The notes under the pieces are model-generated. The model worked only from the letters and a program-made list of their open reading frames with translations. It was not told the origin of the DNA and did not search any database. The position numbers and the translations under genes were made by a program. This document shows, piece after piece, positions 38,902 to 47,999 of a DNA stretch of 60,995 nucleotides; positions within the stretch are counted from its first letter, which is position 1, and the number at the start of each line of letters is the position of its first letter. Source of the DNA: Halanaerobiales bacterium (GTDB lineage: Bacteria; Bacillota; Halanaerobiia; Halanaerobiales; M55B127); the NCBI GenBank assembly GCA_018399995.1, contig JAGYMU010000004.1:1-60995 (forward strand). The letters run 5' to 3'.

Positions 38902-40794
38902 ATGAAAAATGATGAATTACTAACACATCTAGATCTAAACGATCAGGTTAAAAAGATATTTAAAAATTGCCCTAATTATCAAATAGTAGATGATGTTGAA
39001 ACATTAAAAAATTTATCGGTGAGTAATAAGAAAAAAGGTTGGAATAATGTAAAGTATGATATTGGTAATAATCAAGATTATATTGAAACAAGGGTCAGTG
39101 AGGTTAGAAATGGAATAGCAGCAAATTTTATGGAACCTTACATGCGCAGACGTGATCCCAATTGTATGGTTATAGGAGATGATTATCCTACTGACAAGGT
39201 TAGATATAGAGAAAGATTCGGCTCTGATTTTCAAAAAACAAGAAGTGAGACCTTCCAGTGGTTGAAAAAACAGGAACTGGTAGTATTTTTATTTAAAGCA
39301 GGTCCTGAGAACTTAAATTATCCGGTAATGGCTATAGCTCCTGCTAATGCAGGTTTTTTTGCTTTTGGACTTGCTTTACTTCAAGGGATAACAAAGTTAG
39401 AAGATAATGGTGAAAAGATTAAACCTAAGGGATATATTTTTGTGGCTCCTCCTTTTCGTCATACTCATTTTGATGGTAAACAGATTGTAGTTCACAACAG
39501 GTTAAAAGATAATTATGAGTTGTTTAGTTATAATCTTTATCCGGGACCAAGTGCTAAAAAAGGTGTATATAGTATGTTGATTAACCTTGGTGAAAAAAAT
39601 GAATGGCCTACCTTACATTGTTCAGCTGTTCAGGTTGTTACGCCTTATAATAATAAAATAAACATTGCTTATGAAGGTGCAAGTGGAGCCGGGAAATCAG
39701 AAATGTTAGAGGATATGCATAGAGAAAGAAGCGGTAGAATTTTAATGGGTGAAAATATAGTTACTGATGATCAGTATAAAATCACTTTACCACAGGGATG
39801 TAGTCTAAAACCAATTGCAGATGATATGGCTGTGACACCCTCTTATTTACAGAAAGAAAACGGGAAACTGCAGTTAAAAGATGCTGAAAATGCTTGGTTT
39901 GTAAGGGTTGATCATATTGATCAATATGGTGTGGATCCTCATCTTGAATCCATAACCACAAATCCAGAGAATCCTCTTCTGTTTTTAAATATTGATGCCG
40001 CTCCCCAAAGTACGGCATTAATTTGGGAACATATTGAAGATTATCCTAATAAACCCTGTCCAAACCCACGGGTAGTAATTCCTCGCAAAGATGTTCCGGG
40101 TTCATTAAAGAGGGAAGTGGATATTGATGTAAGGGGCTTCGGAGTCAGAACACCTCCCTGTACAAAGGATAAACCCAGCTATGGAATAATTGGTTTATTC
40201 CACGTTCTGCCACCTACTCTGGCCTGGTTATGGAGGTTGGTATCTCCAAGAGGATATGGTAATCCCAGTATTAACGATTCAGAGGGGATGAGTTCTGAAG
40301 GTGTAGGTTCTTATTGGCCATTTGCTACGGGAAGAAGAGTGGATCAGGCCAATATACTCTTAAAACAAATTATTAATTCACCTGAAGTTAAGTATATACT
40401 GTGTCCCAATCAATATATAGGGTCGTGGAAGGTTGGATTTATGCCAGAATGGATAGCGAGAGAATACTTGGCCCGTCGAGGAGGCGCCTGGTTTACAGAA
40501 AAACAAATAGAACCCTCTCGTTCAACTCTGTTGGGTTATAGTTTAAAGAATGTTATGGTTGAAGGCCAGATGATAGAAAGAGAATTATTAAAGGTAGAAA
40601 CACAACCAAAAGTTGGAGTTAAGGCCTATGACCAGGGGGCAGGGATGCTTGAAGAATTTTTTAAAGATTATTTACAAAACTATAACTGTCAAGACTTACT
40701 CCCTTTGGGGAGAGATATTATCGATTGTTTCCTTAAAGATGGATCTCTTCACGATTTTATTTCATTAATGGATTATCCTGTAATAAAAGAGTAA
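38902..40794 (+). CDS. DUF4914 family protein with PEP-carboxykinase-like motifs
   Basis: YMRRRDP, PPFRHTHFDGKQ, YPGPSAKKG, LHCSA, GASGAGKSE, IADDM, CPNPR. Confidence 0.82.
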   Translation: MKNDELLTHLDLNDQVKKIFKNCPNYQIVDDVETLKNLSVSNKKKGWNNVKYDIGNNQDYIETRVSEVRNGIAANFMEPYMRRRDPNCMVIGDDYPTDKVRYRERFGSDFQKTRSETFQWLKKQELVVFLFKAGPENLNYPVMAIAPANAGFFAFGLALLQGITKLEDNGEKIKPKGYIFVAPPFRHTHFDGKQIVVHNRLKDNYELFSYNLYPGPSAKKGVYSMLINLGEKNEWPTLHCSAVQVVTPYNNKINIAYEGASGAGKSEMLEDMHRERSGRILMGENIVTDDQYKITLPQGCSLKPIADDMAVTPSYLQKENGKLQLKDAENAWFVRVDHIDQYGVDPHLESITTNPENPLLFLNIDAAPQSTALIWEHIEDYPNKPCPNPRVVIPRKDVPGSLKREVDIDVRGFGVRTPPCTKDKPSYGIIGLFHVLPPTLAWLWRLVSPRGYGNPSINDSEGMSSEGVGSYWPFATGRRVDQANILLKQIINSPEVKYILCPNQYIGSWKVGFMPEWIAREYLARRGGAWFTEKQIEPSRSTLLGYSLKNVMVEGQMIERELLKVETQPKVGVKAYDQGAGMLEEFFKDYLQNYNCQDLLPLGRDIIDCFLKDGSLHDFISLMDYPVIKE

Positions 40795-40849
40795 AAAGCT
40801 AATAATTAATTTATATTTTATAATGATTGTTTTACTATGGAGGGTAATT

Positions 40850-41476
40850 ATGTTTGAATTACAAAATGTAGTAGTTAAAAACATTTTAACAATAGACTAT
40901 CTGAAAATTAATGAGGGTGAGATTACCTGCATTATAGGAAGAAGTGGTGGAGGGAAAACTACTTTTTTGAAACTTTTAAATAATATGAAAAGCAAAGATG
41001 AGGGTGAGATAAGATATAAAAATAGGAAGATAGAATCATATGATCCTGTTCAATTAAGAAGGGAAGTTTTGATGATGGCACAAAATCCGGTGATTTTTTC
41101 TAAAACTATCCGAGATAATTTTGTAAAAACATTGGAGTATAATAACCAAGCGGAATTTTCTGATCAAAAATATTTAAGGATATTAAATAAAGTGGGATTA
41201 AAAGAAAAAAAACTAGAAGAGAGTGCAGATAAATTATCTGGAGGAGAGAAGCAGAGGCTTGCTTTAGCCCGTATATTAATTTTAGATCCTTATATATTAC
41301 TCTTAGACGAACCCTCTTCAGCTTTAGATAGTGAAACAGAAGAATTAATTATTGATATGGTAGTTAATTGTATTAAAGAAAAAGAGGCTACTTTAATTAT
41401 GGTTACTCATTCTAAAAAAATTGCAGAAAAATATGGAGATCATATAATTACAATCAATCACGGTGAAATTAGATAA
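40850..41476 (+). CDS. fetA: ABC ATPase, FetA/YbbL-like
   Basis: GRSGGGKTT, LSGGEKQR, LLDEPSSALD; start at ATG 40850 after GGAGG. Confidence 0.82.
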   Translation: MFELQNVVVKNILTIDYLKINEGEITCIIGRSGGGKTTFLKLLNNMKSKDEGEIRYKNRKIESYDPVQLRREVLMMAQNPVIFSKTIRDNFVKTLEYNNQAEFSDQKYLRILNKVGLKEKKLEESADKLSGGEKQRLALARILILDPYILLLDEPSSALDSETEELIIDMVVNCIKEKEATLIMVTHSKKIAEKYGDHIITINHGEIR

Positions 41477-41496
41477 AATATTGATGAGGAGAGATT

Positions 41497-42285
41497 TTGA
41501 TGAAAGATATAATATTTGACATTTCTCTTATTAATTTAGTTACGGCATATATCTTTGTTTTATTATTGCTCTTAATTGTAAAAAAAGAGAGAATAGGGCG
41601 TGAAAAACAAATATTAATTGCTTCTTTTAGGATGACAGTTCAATTAGTATTAGTCGGCTATCTATTGACCTATGTATTTCAAAATCCTAATCCCTTCATT
41701 ACCTTAATTATAATTTTGTTTATGGAGCTATTTGCTATCTATAATATTTATGCCAGGGTAGAAAGTACATTGTCAAAAAATTTAAAGGTGGTGATAGGAC
41801 TTTCCATGTTGATTGGAACAGTTATTAGTATTTTGTTTTTTCTTTTCATCGTAATAAATATTGACCCCTGGTTTATGCCACAGTACTTCATACCAATTTC
41901 GGGAATGTTAATTGGTAATTCTATGACAGGCATATCTTTGGGGGCCCAGGGTTTAATAAATGGCATGAAAGATAGTAAAGAGAAGATAGAAAATTCTCTC
42001 ATGTTGGGTGCTACTCCTCATCAAGCTACGAAGGATATCCAAAATAGATCTTTTTACAATGCAGTATTGCCTACAATTAATTCCATGATTGGAATGGGAA
42101 TTGTTTTTTTGCCGGGTATGATGACAGGACAAATCCTAGCAGGGGCCGCTCCATTAACAGCTATTAAATACCAGATTGTAGTTATGCTGGGCATTTTGGG
42201 AAGTGTTACTCTAACGGTATATTTAATGGTTAAATGGGGTAGAAAAAGTTTTTTTAATAGCCGGGCACAGATCGAAATTAGTTGA
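41497..42285 (+). CDS. fetB: FetB/YbbM (UPF0014) permease
   Basis: RMTVQLVLVGY, IPISGMLIGNSM, GIVFLPGMMTGQILAG. Confidence 0.88.
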   Translation: MMKDIIFDISLINLVTAYIFVLLLLLIVKKERIGREKQILIASFRMTVQLVLVGYLLTYVFQNPNPFITLIIILFMELFAIYNIYARVESTLSKNLKVVIGLSMLIGTVISILFFLFIVINIDPWFMPQYFIPISGMLIGNSMTGISLGAQGLINGMKDSKEKIENSLMLGATPHQATKDIQNRSFYNAVLPTINSMIGMGIVFLPGMMTGQILAGAAPLTAIKYQIVVMLGILGSVTLTVYLMVKWGRKSFFNSRAQIEIS

Positions 42286-42435
42286 TTATTTTGATTAAAA
42301 TTATAATGGCTTTCATATATAAAAAATGTGTTAATATAATTCTGTCTGAAAATCTTGTATAGTTCTGAACTATTTTATGTTTTTATGATGAAAAAGAGGT
42401 GCAACACCTGTTCTATATCAGCTTTGAGGTTTTTG

Positions 42436-42464
42436 TTGACAACCAAGTCTTATTATGTTATATT
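42436..42464 (+). promoter_or_regulatory. SigA promoter of the cold-shock gene
   Basis: TTGACA-N17 (ending TGT)-TATATT; leader hairpin TTGAGCA...TGCTCAA at 42472-42502. Confidence 0.75.
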
Positions 42465-42531
42465 TATGTTGTTGAGCAAAAAAAAACAAGTAAGATGCTC
42501 AATAAGAAATTTTTAGGAGGAATAAATTTTA

Positions 42532-42735
42532 ATGACTTACACAGGAACAGTAAAATGGTTTGATGAGAAAAAAGGTTATGGTTTTATTGAGAGAGAAGAT
42601 GGAGACGATGTATTTGTTCACTTTTCAGCTATCCAGGATGATGGTTTTAAGACATTGAATGAAGATCAGGAAGTAGAATTTGAAATCGTGGAAGGCGACC
42701 GCGGCCTACAGGCTGAAAATGTTGTTAAATTATAA
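42532..42735 (+). CDS. cspA: Cold-shock protein
   Basis: [21 protein letters not shown]. Confidence 0.95.
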   Translation: MTYTGTVKWFDEKKGYGFIEREDGDDVFVHFSAIQDDGFKTLNEDQEVEFEIVEGDRGLQAENVVKL

Positions 42736-42760
42736 TATATTATTATAAGATATAGCAACT

Positions 42761-42790
42761 AATCCCGACCGGTTAAAGGTCGGGTTTTTT
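42761..42790 (+). terminator. Terminator of the cold-shock gene
   Basis: CCCGACC-GGTTAAA-GGTCGGG-TTTTTT. Confidence 0.85.
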
Positions 42791-42811
42791 AATTTACATT
42801 AAATATGAAAT

Positions 42812-42845
42812 GAGAAGCCTACTAATTAAATTTAGTAGGCTTCTC
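42812..42845 (-). terminator. Terminator of the thiolase gene
   Basis: GAGAAGCCTACTAA...TTAGTAGGCTTCTC 14-bp stem. Confidence 0.75.
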
Positions 42846-42871
42846 TTAATTAAACAGTCTTTTTGATCAAA

Positions 42872-44053
42872 TTAAAGAGTTTCTACAAGAGTAGTAACTC
42901 CCATTCCACCACCAACACATAATGAAGCTAATCCTCTTTTAAGTTCTCTTTTTTCCATTTCATATAGTAAGGTTACTAATATTCTGGCTCCACTGGCACC
43001 GATAGGATGTCCTAAAGAAATCGCTCCGCCATTTACATTGACAATTTCAGAATCAAAAGGCAGTTCTTTTAGAACTGATAACGATTGAGCAGCAAAAGCT
43101 TCATTGAGCTCAACTAACTGAATATCTTCAAAACCCCAGTTACTTTTTGCAAGGGCTTTTTTAACAGATGGTACTGGAGCAATACCCATAATTTTTGGAT
43201 CGACTGCAGCTGTTGCATATGAAACAACTCTGGCCAGGGGTTTTACCCCTAATTCATCAGCTTTTTCTTTGCTCATTACTAAAAGAGCAGCAGCCCCATC
43301 ATTAATACCGGAAGCATTACCTGCTGTCACTGTGCCATCTTTTTTAAAAGCGGGTCTAAGTTTGGATAAAGAATCAGCAGTGACGCCTTTACGAGGAAAC
43401 TCATCCTGTTTGAATAATTTTGGTTCACCTTTTCTTTGTGGTATCTCTACAGGTACTATCTCATCTTGGAAACGCTTATTTTTTATGGCATTTATTGCTT
43501 TTTGCTGACTTTGAGCAGCAAATTCATCCTGTTTTTGTCTGTTTATATTATATTTTTCTGCTAAATTTTCAGCTGTAATGCCCATGTGGTATTCATTTAC
43601 AGCACAGGTGAGTCCATCTCTAATCATGGAGTCCACAACTTTACCGTCTCCCATTTTATATCCATAACGTGCTTTTTCTAAAAGATAGGGAGCTCTACTC
43701 ATGCTTTCCATACCACCAGCCACAACAACATCTGTATCACCCAATAATATTTCTTGGACGGCAAGATTAACTGATTTAAGTCCAGAACCACATAGTTTGT
43801 TAATAGACATAGCTGGAATTTTTACATCTAAACCTGCTTTAATTGAAGCCTGACGGGCTGGGTTTTGTCCTTGTCCTGCTTGTAATACAATACCCATAAT
43901 AACATTATCAACTACATCTGGATCTACATCTGCTCTCTCGATAACTGTCTTAATAACTTTAGTTCCCAGGTCAACAACTGGAATGTCTTTTAAACCTTTA
44001 CCAAAAGAACCAATTGCAGTTCTTGTTGCACTAGCTATAACAACTTCTCGCAA
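42872..44053 (-). CDS. thlA: Acetyl-CoA acetyltransferase (thiolase)
   Basis: [29 protein letters not shown]. Confidence 0.95.
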   Translation of the reverse strand: MREVVIASATRTAIGSFGKGLKDIPVVDLGTKVIKTVIERADVDPDVVDNVIMGIVLQAGQGQNPARQASIKAGLDVKIPAMSINKLCGSGLKSVNLAVQEILLGDTDVVVAGGMESMSRAPYLLEKARYGYKMGDGKVVDSMIRDGLTCAVNEYHMGITAENLAEKYNINRQKQDEFAAQSQQKAINAIKNKRFQDEIVPVEIPQRKGEPKLFKQDEFPRKGVTADSLSKLRPAFKKDGTVTAGNASGINDGAAALLVMSKEKADELGVKPLARVVSYATAAVDPKIMGIAPVPSVKKALAKSNWGFEDIQLVELNEAFAAQSLSVLKELPFDSEIVNVNGGAISLGHPIGASGARILVTLLYEMEKRELKRGLASLCVGGGMGVTTLVETL

Positions 44054-44095
44054 AAGAATCCCTCCTATATATTTATGTAATCTTTACTTACTATA

Positions 44096-44139
44096 AGTTT
44101 AATAAATAAGTGTTACCTTTAAGTTACAATTGAGTTGCA
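44096..44139 (-). promoter_or_regulatory. Thiolase promoter with three 11-bp-phased repeats
   Basis: Minus strand TGCAAC-N5-TGTAAC-N5-GGTAAC-N10-TAAACT. Confidence 0.75.
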
Positions 44140-44269
44140 ATGTTTTAAAATGATAGTATTATCCACAAATTAATCTAATAATATTTGTTGTTAATATTGG
44201 ACTCTCAATAAGAAATATGTCTTATTTTTTTAAATTTTGCTTGTATAATAAATGATTTGTTTATATTAT

Positions 44270-44298
44270 AGAGGATTTTAAATTGATTTATTGAATTT
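44270..44298 (+). promoter_or_regulatory. SigH-like promoter of the STAND/BTAD regulator
   Basis: AGAGGATTT-N11-ATTGAATTT. Confidence 0.55.
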
Positions 44299-44336
44299 AT
44301 CTTTAACAAGACTTAAAAGAACAGAGGGGTGTAAAA

Positions 44337-47300
44337 GTGTTTGGAAATGTAGTGGTTAAAACTAAATTTCTTCCACAATATTATAAAAGCAAAATATTTT
44401 CTAGAGATGATTTAAAAACCATCGTAAATAAAACTGCTCAGTATCCAGTTTCTATGGTTAAAGCAGGACCTGGTTATGGGAAAAGTGCTTTTTTGACAAA
44501 TGGATTTAAAAATAAGGATTATGTTTTTTGGTATAATGTAAGTACTGGTGATGGGAATGTTTTAACCTTTTTAATTAATTTAATTTATAGTTTTAATACT
44601 ATGGATCCAGAAATAGGTGAAAAGACTTTAAATTTATTAAAAGAAAAGGGAGAAACTAATCAGGAGTGGACACCTGTTTTAAATGCTTTAATTAATGAAA
44701 TTTGGGATAAATATAGATATAAAGAATTATATTTAATAATAGATGACTATCATTTATTAAATAACCAAGCTAAGACGAATAGATTGATTGAACATTTTAT
44801 TGAAAACAGGCCGCCCAATATGCACTTTATTATATCAACCAGAAAAGTCCCAGATATTCACGCTTTAAGTGTTTGGAGGGTTAAAGATCAGATATTAGAA
44901 ATTGATGAAGATGATCTAAAATTAAGTAGAGACGAAATAGAGATTTTTTACAATAAGCATTATGATTATGATCTAAATGATCAAGATCTATCATTAATAT
45001 ATGATTTAACAGAGGGCTGGATTATAGGGGTTGAGATGATAAGACAGAGTATTAAAGAAGGCAATAGTTTAAATCATATTAAGGAACAATCAATGCTCTC
45101 TTTAGAACATCTTTTTAATTATCTAGCTAGCGAAATACTATCTAAACAAAATGAAGAGATAAGAAAATTTTTAATTAAGACTTCTATTTTAAGGGTTTTG
45201 ATTCCCGATGTTTGTAATTTTATACGTGATAAAGATAATAGCGAACAGATATTAAAGTATTTAGTGAAAAATGATCTATTTATTATTCAACTCGATGACC
45301 AAAAATACAGATATCACCATTTATTTCATGATTTTTTGAAAGAACATGCCAAAAAAGAGGTCAAAAATATTGCCCTTCTTCAAAAAGATATAGCCCGCTA
45401 TTTTAAAGAAAACAAACAATATGAAGAAGCGGTTTACCATAATATGGAGAGTGGAGATTACTTTTCCGCCGCACAAATAATTAAAGAAAGAGCTAATAAA
45501 TTATTAACTTCAGGGCGTTTTACAACTTACAATAACTGGTTTGATAAACTTCCGGAAAGAATTATAGAAAATTTCCCCTATTTATACTTGTATAAAGGTG
45601 ACATTGATCGTTTTACATGTAATTATAATCAGGCTTTGGAGTGGTATAATCAGGGCAGAAAGTATTTAAAAAAGCAGAGTGATAACAAAGGAATAAGTGT
45701 GTCTTACCAGAAAATGGCTATGATTTATTTAGATACTGTACAGCCTACTAAAGCAGATAAATATTTAAAAAAGGCTTTGGAACTTAGGGAAAAAGAAAAT
45801 TATTGGGAAGAATCTGTTTTGCTTCGTTTGGTTGCTGAAAATTATTTAAATAGGGGTAATGTCGAAAAAGCTAAAGAAATGCATGGCAAATTAAAGAAAC
45901 TAGACCAGGAAAATACCAGTTATATTCTAGATTCCAGAGTTAAAATTAGAACGGGTAGATTAAAGGAAGCCGAGGAATTATTAGAAGAAGAATTAAAAAA
46001 AGAAGGACTCGTTGATGAAAATAAGGTGGGTAGAGCACACCGCGAAACCATTCTTTTACTTTCTCTGATTGCCTCATTTAAGGGTGATGTAAAAAAAGCT
46101 TTAGAATATGCGAAGATAGGATTGGAAAAATCAAAAAGTTTAGAGTCTTTATTTACCCAGGCAGTTGCCTATATGAGGTTAGGACATGCCTATCAAATTA
46201 ATGGTGAACATTATCAAATGAAAGCAATTCAATCATATGAAAAAAGTTTGGAAATTGTTGATAAGTTAAAAGTTAATAGGGGGCGAGCTGAGGCACTCTG
46301 GGGGTTAACTTTAGTTAATGGTAATTTAGGTTATGAAGAGCAGATGAAAAAATATGGACAGGAAGGTGTCAAAATATGTGAAGAAGCTGGAGATGAATGG
46401 TTGAATTCTTTGATTAAACTTTCTTTGGGTATAGGTTATCATTTTCTAAAAAAATATAAGTTGTCTATAAAGTGGTTAACAGAAGCTGTGAAGTCGTATG
46501 ATTATTGTAATGATATATTTGGTAAGACTATCGGTCAGATATGGCTTACATTAATTGATTGTGAGCTTGGCAATAAGGTTGATTTTAAAAATCGTATCGA
46601 GGAAATTGTTCCTATAATCAAGGAAAATAATATGGAGTTTGTTTTTAAGAAAGTCAATTTAGTAGGTCCACGTGATAAAACAACTTTGATACCTATTTTA
46701 ACAAAGGGTTATAATTTAGATATTGAAAAACAATTTTGTAAATTGATACTTGAGGATTTAGATATTGAGCCAGGCATCAAACATCCCGGTTACAGTTTAA
46801 AAATCAAAACATTAGGTAGGTTTAGCTTGTTAAGAGGGAGAACAGAGATAAAGGATAGTGATTGGAAAAGAAAAAAGGCCAGGACCTTATTTAAAATATT
46901 CTTAACTTATCAAGATGAGTTAATATCAAAAGAAAAACTGGCAGAAATGATCTCTTCTAAAAAAGACAAGAAGACTGCAATTAGGGATTTCAAAGTTGCT
47001 TTAAATGCTTTAAATAATGTTTTGGAACCTAAGAGAGAAGCCCGGGCTACTCCTTTTTTTATCAGAAAAAAAGGAGCTCTTTATGGCTTAAATCCAGATG
47101 CTTCTTACAGTATAGATGTCAATGAATTTGAGTATCTGATTAAAGAAGGTATAAATCAAAAAAACCAAAATAATAGTAATGAGGCTATAGATTATTTTGA
47201 GCGTGCGGATAATCTTTATAATGGAAATTATTTGCCTAACTGTATGTATAAGGATTGGTCCAGAGAAGTCAGAGAAAAGTATAAGCAGCTGTTTATTCAG

Positions 47301-47564
47301 GGTTTAGAACTTTTGGCTGAACTTTACTATGATATGGGGAATTATCATAAAACAATTGAAACAGCAGAAAAACTTATTTCTAAAGAGTCTTCAGTAGAAG
47401 AGGCATATCAGTTAATTATGAAAGCATATAATAAATTAGGTCAACGTACTCAAGCAATTCACACTTACCAACGCTGTGTTAACAATCTAGAAAAAGAGTT
47501 GGGAGTTATTCCAACCCAAAAATCTGTGGAATTATATAAAAAAATTAAGTCAGAACAAAAATAA
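44337..47564 (+). CDS. MalT-like STAND ATPase + TPR + winged-helix/BTAD (SARP-like) transcriptional activator
   Basis: AGPGYGKS, LIIDDYH, TEGW, YRYHHLF; TPR-like helices; C-terminal IKTLGRF..WKRKKARTL and BTAD (IDVNEF, EEAYQLIMKAY, ELGVIP). Confidence 0.9.
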   Translation: MFGNVVVKTKFLPQYYKSKIFSRDDLKTIVNKTAQYPVSMVKAGPGYGKSAFLTNGFKNKDYVFWYNVSTGDGNVLTFLINLIYSFNTMDPEIGEKTLNLLKEKGETNQEWTPVLNALINEIWDKYRYKELYLIIDDYHLLNNQAKTNRLIEHFIENRPPNMHFIISTRKVPDIHALSVWRVKDQILEIDEDDLKLSRDEIEIFYNKHYDYDLNDQDLSLIYDLTEGWIIGVEMIRQSIKEGNSLNHIKEQSMLSLEHLFNYLASEILSKQNEEIRKFLIKTSILRVLIPDVCNFIRDKDNSEQILKYLVKNDLFIIQLDDQKYRYHHLFHDFLKEHAKKEVKNIALLQKDIARYFKENKQYEEAVYHNMESGDYFSAAQIIKERANKLLTSGRFTTYNNWFDKLPERIIENFPYLYLYKGDIDRFTCNYNQALEWYNQGRKYLKKQSDNKGISVSYQKMAMIYLDTVQPTKADKYLKKALELREKENYWEESVLLRLVAENYLNRGNVEKAKEMHGKLKKLDQENTSYILDSRVKIRTGRLKEAEELLEEELKKEGLVDENKVGRAHRETILLLSLIASFKGDVKKALEYAKIGLEKSKSLESLFTQAVAYMRLGHAYQINGEHYQMKAIQSYEKSLEIVDKLKVNRGRAEALWGLTLVNGNLGYEEQMKKYGQEGVKICEEAGDEWLNSLIKLSLGIGYHFLKKYKLSIKWLTEAVKSYDYCNDIFGKTIGQIWLTLIDCELGNKVDFKNRIEEIVPIIKENNMEFVFKKVNLVGPRDKTTLIPILTKGYNLDIEKQFCKLILEDLDIEPGIKHPGYSLKIKTLGRFSLLRGRTEIKDSDWKRKKARTLFKIFLTYQDELISKEKLAEMISSKKDKKTAIRDFKVALNALNNVLEPKREARATPFFIRKKGALYGLNPDASYSIDVNEFEYLIKEGINQKNQNNSNEAIDYFERADNLYNGNYLPNCMYKDWSREVREKYKQLFIQGLELLAELYYDMGNYHKTIETAEKLISKESSVEEAYQLIMKAYNKLGQRTQAIHTYQRCVNNLEKELGVIPTQKSVELYKKIKSEQK

Positions 47565-47657
47565 GAGTTTTAAAAAAAGGCTTTTAAGTTTTGTTTTTCT
47601 TTGAAGATCAAACAAATTTTTGAATGAAAATAGATTCATTTTTATAATTATCAAATG

Positions 47658-47733
47658 GGTTTCACCTCTTTTTGTGAGTAAATTTTTGTTTTCTGTTAAC
47701 AAAAATTAGCAAAAATAGGCGGAACCTTTTTTT
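47658..47733 (+). terminator. Long imperfect hairpin with T7 tail downstream of the regulator
   Basis: GGTTTCACCTCTTTTTG...AATTTTTGTT-loop-AACAAAAATT...CAAAAATAGGCGGAACC-TTTTTTT. Confidence 0.55.
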
Positions 47734-47845
47734 GTTATCAATACTGTTAAATTAGGATTAACTTCTTATGAAATATCTTAGTTATTTATACAAAATATGG
47801 AACACATGTCTTTGATATTATGAAAATCTATTAATGGTAAATCAT

Positions 47846-47878
47846 TGCAACTGTTTTGTAACTTTATTTTATTATAAT
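47846..47878 (+). promoter_or_regulatory. Upstream promoter P1 of the KAS III-like operon
   Basis: TGCAAC-N5-TGTAAC-TTTATTTTAT-TATAAT. Confidence 0.72.
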
Positions 47879-47923
47879 TAAGACAGGCAGATATTTGCTA
47901 TTTGTTTTATTGAGTTAATTATT

Positions 47924-47967
47924 TGTAACTGCAATGCAACATCTTAGTAACTTTATTTTATTATAAT
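47924..47967 (+). promoter_or_regulatory. Downstream promoter P2 of the KAS III-like operon
   Basis: TGTAAC-N5-TGCAAC-N5-AGTAAC-TTTATTTTAT-TATAAT. Confidence 0.78.
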
Positions 47968-47999
47968 GTAAATACAAAGATATCAATGGGGGTGAAGAG

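Noticed and set aside
33058-42409. Shared GTGCAACACC at about 33058 and 42399
   Set aside because: A single 10-mer match with no shared context; not phased like the GYAAC operator repeats.
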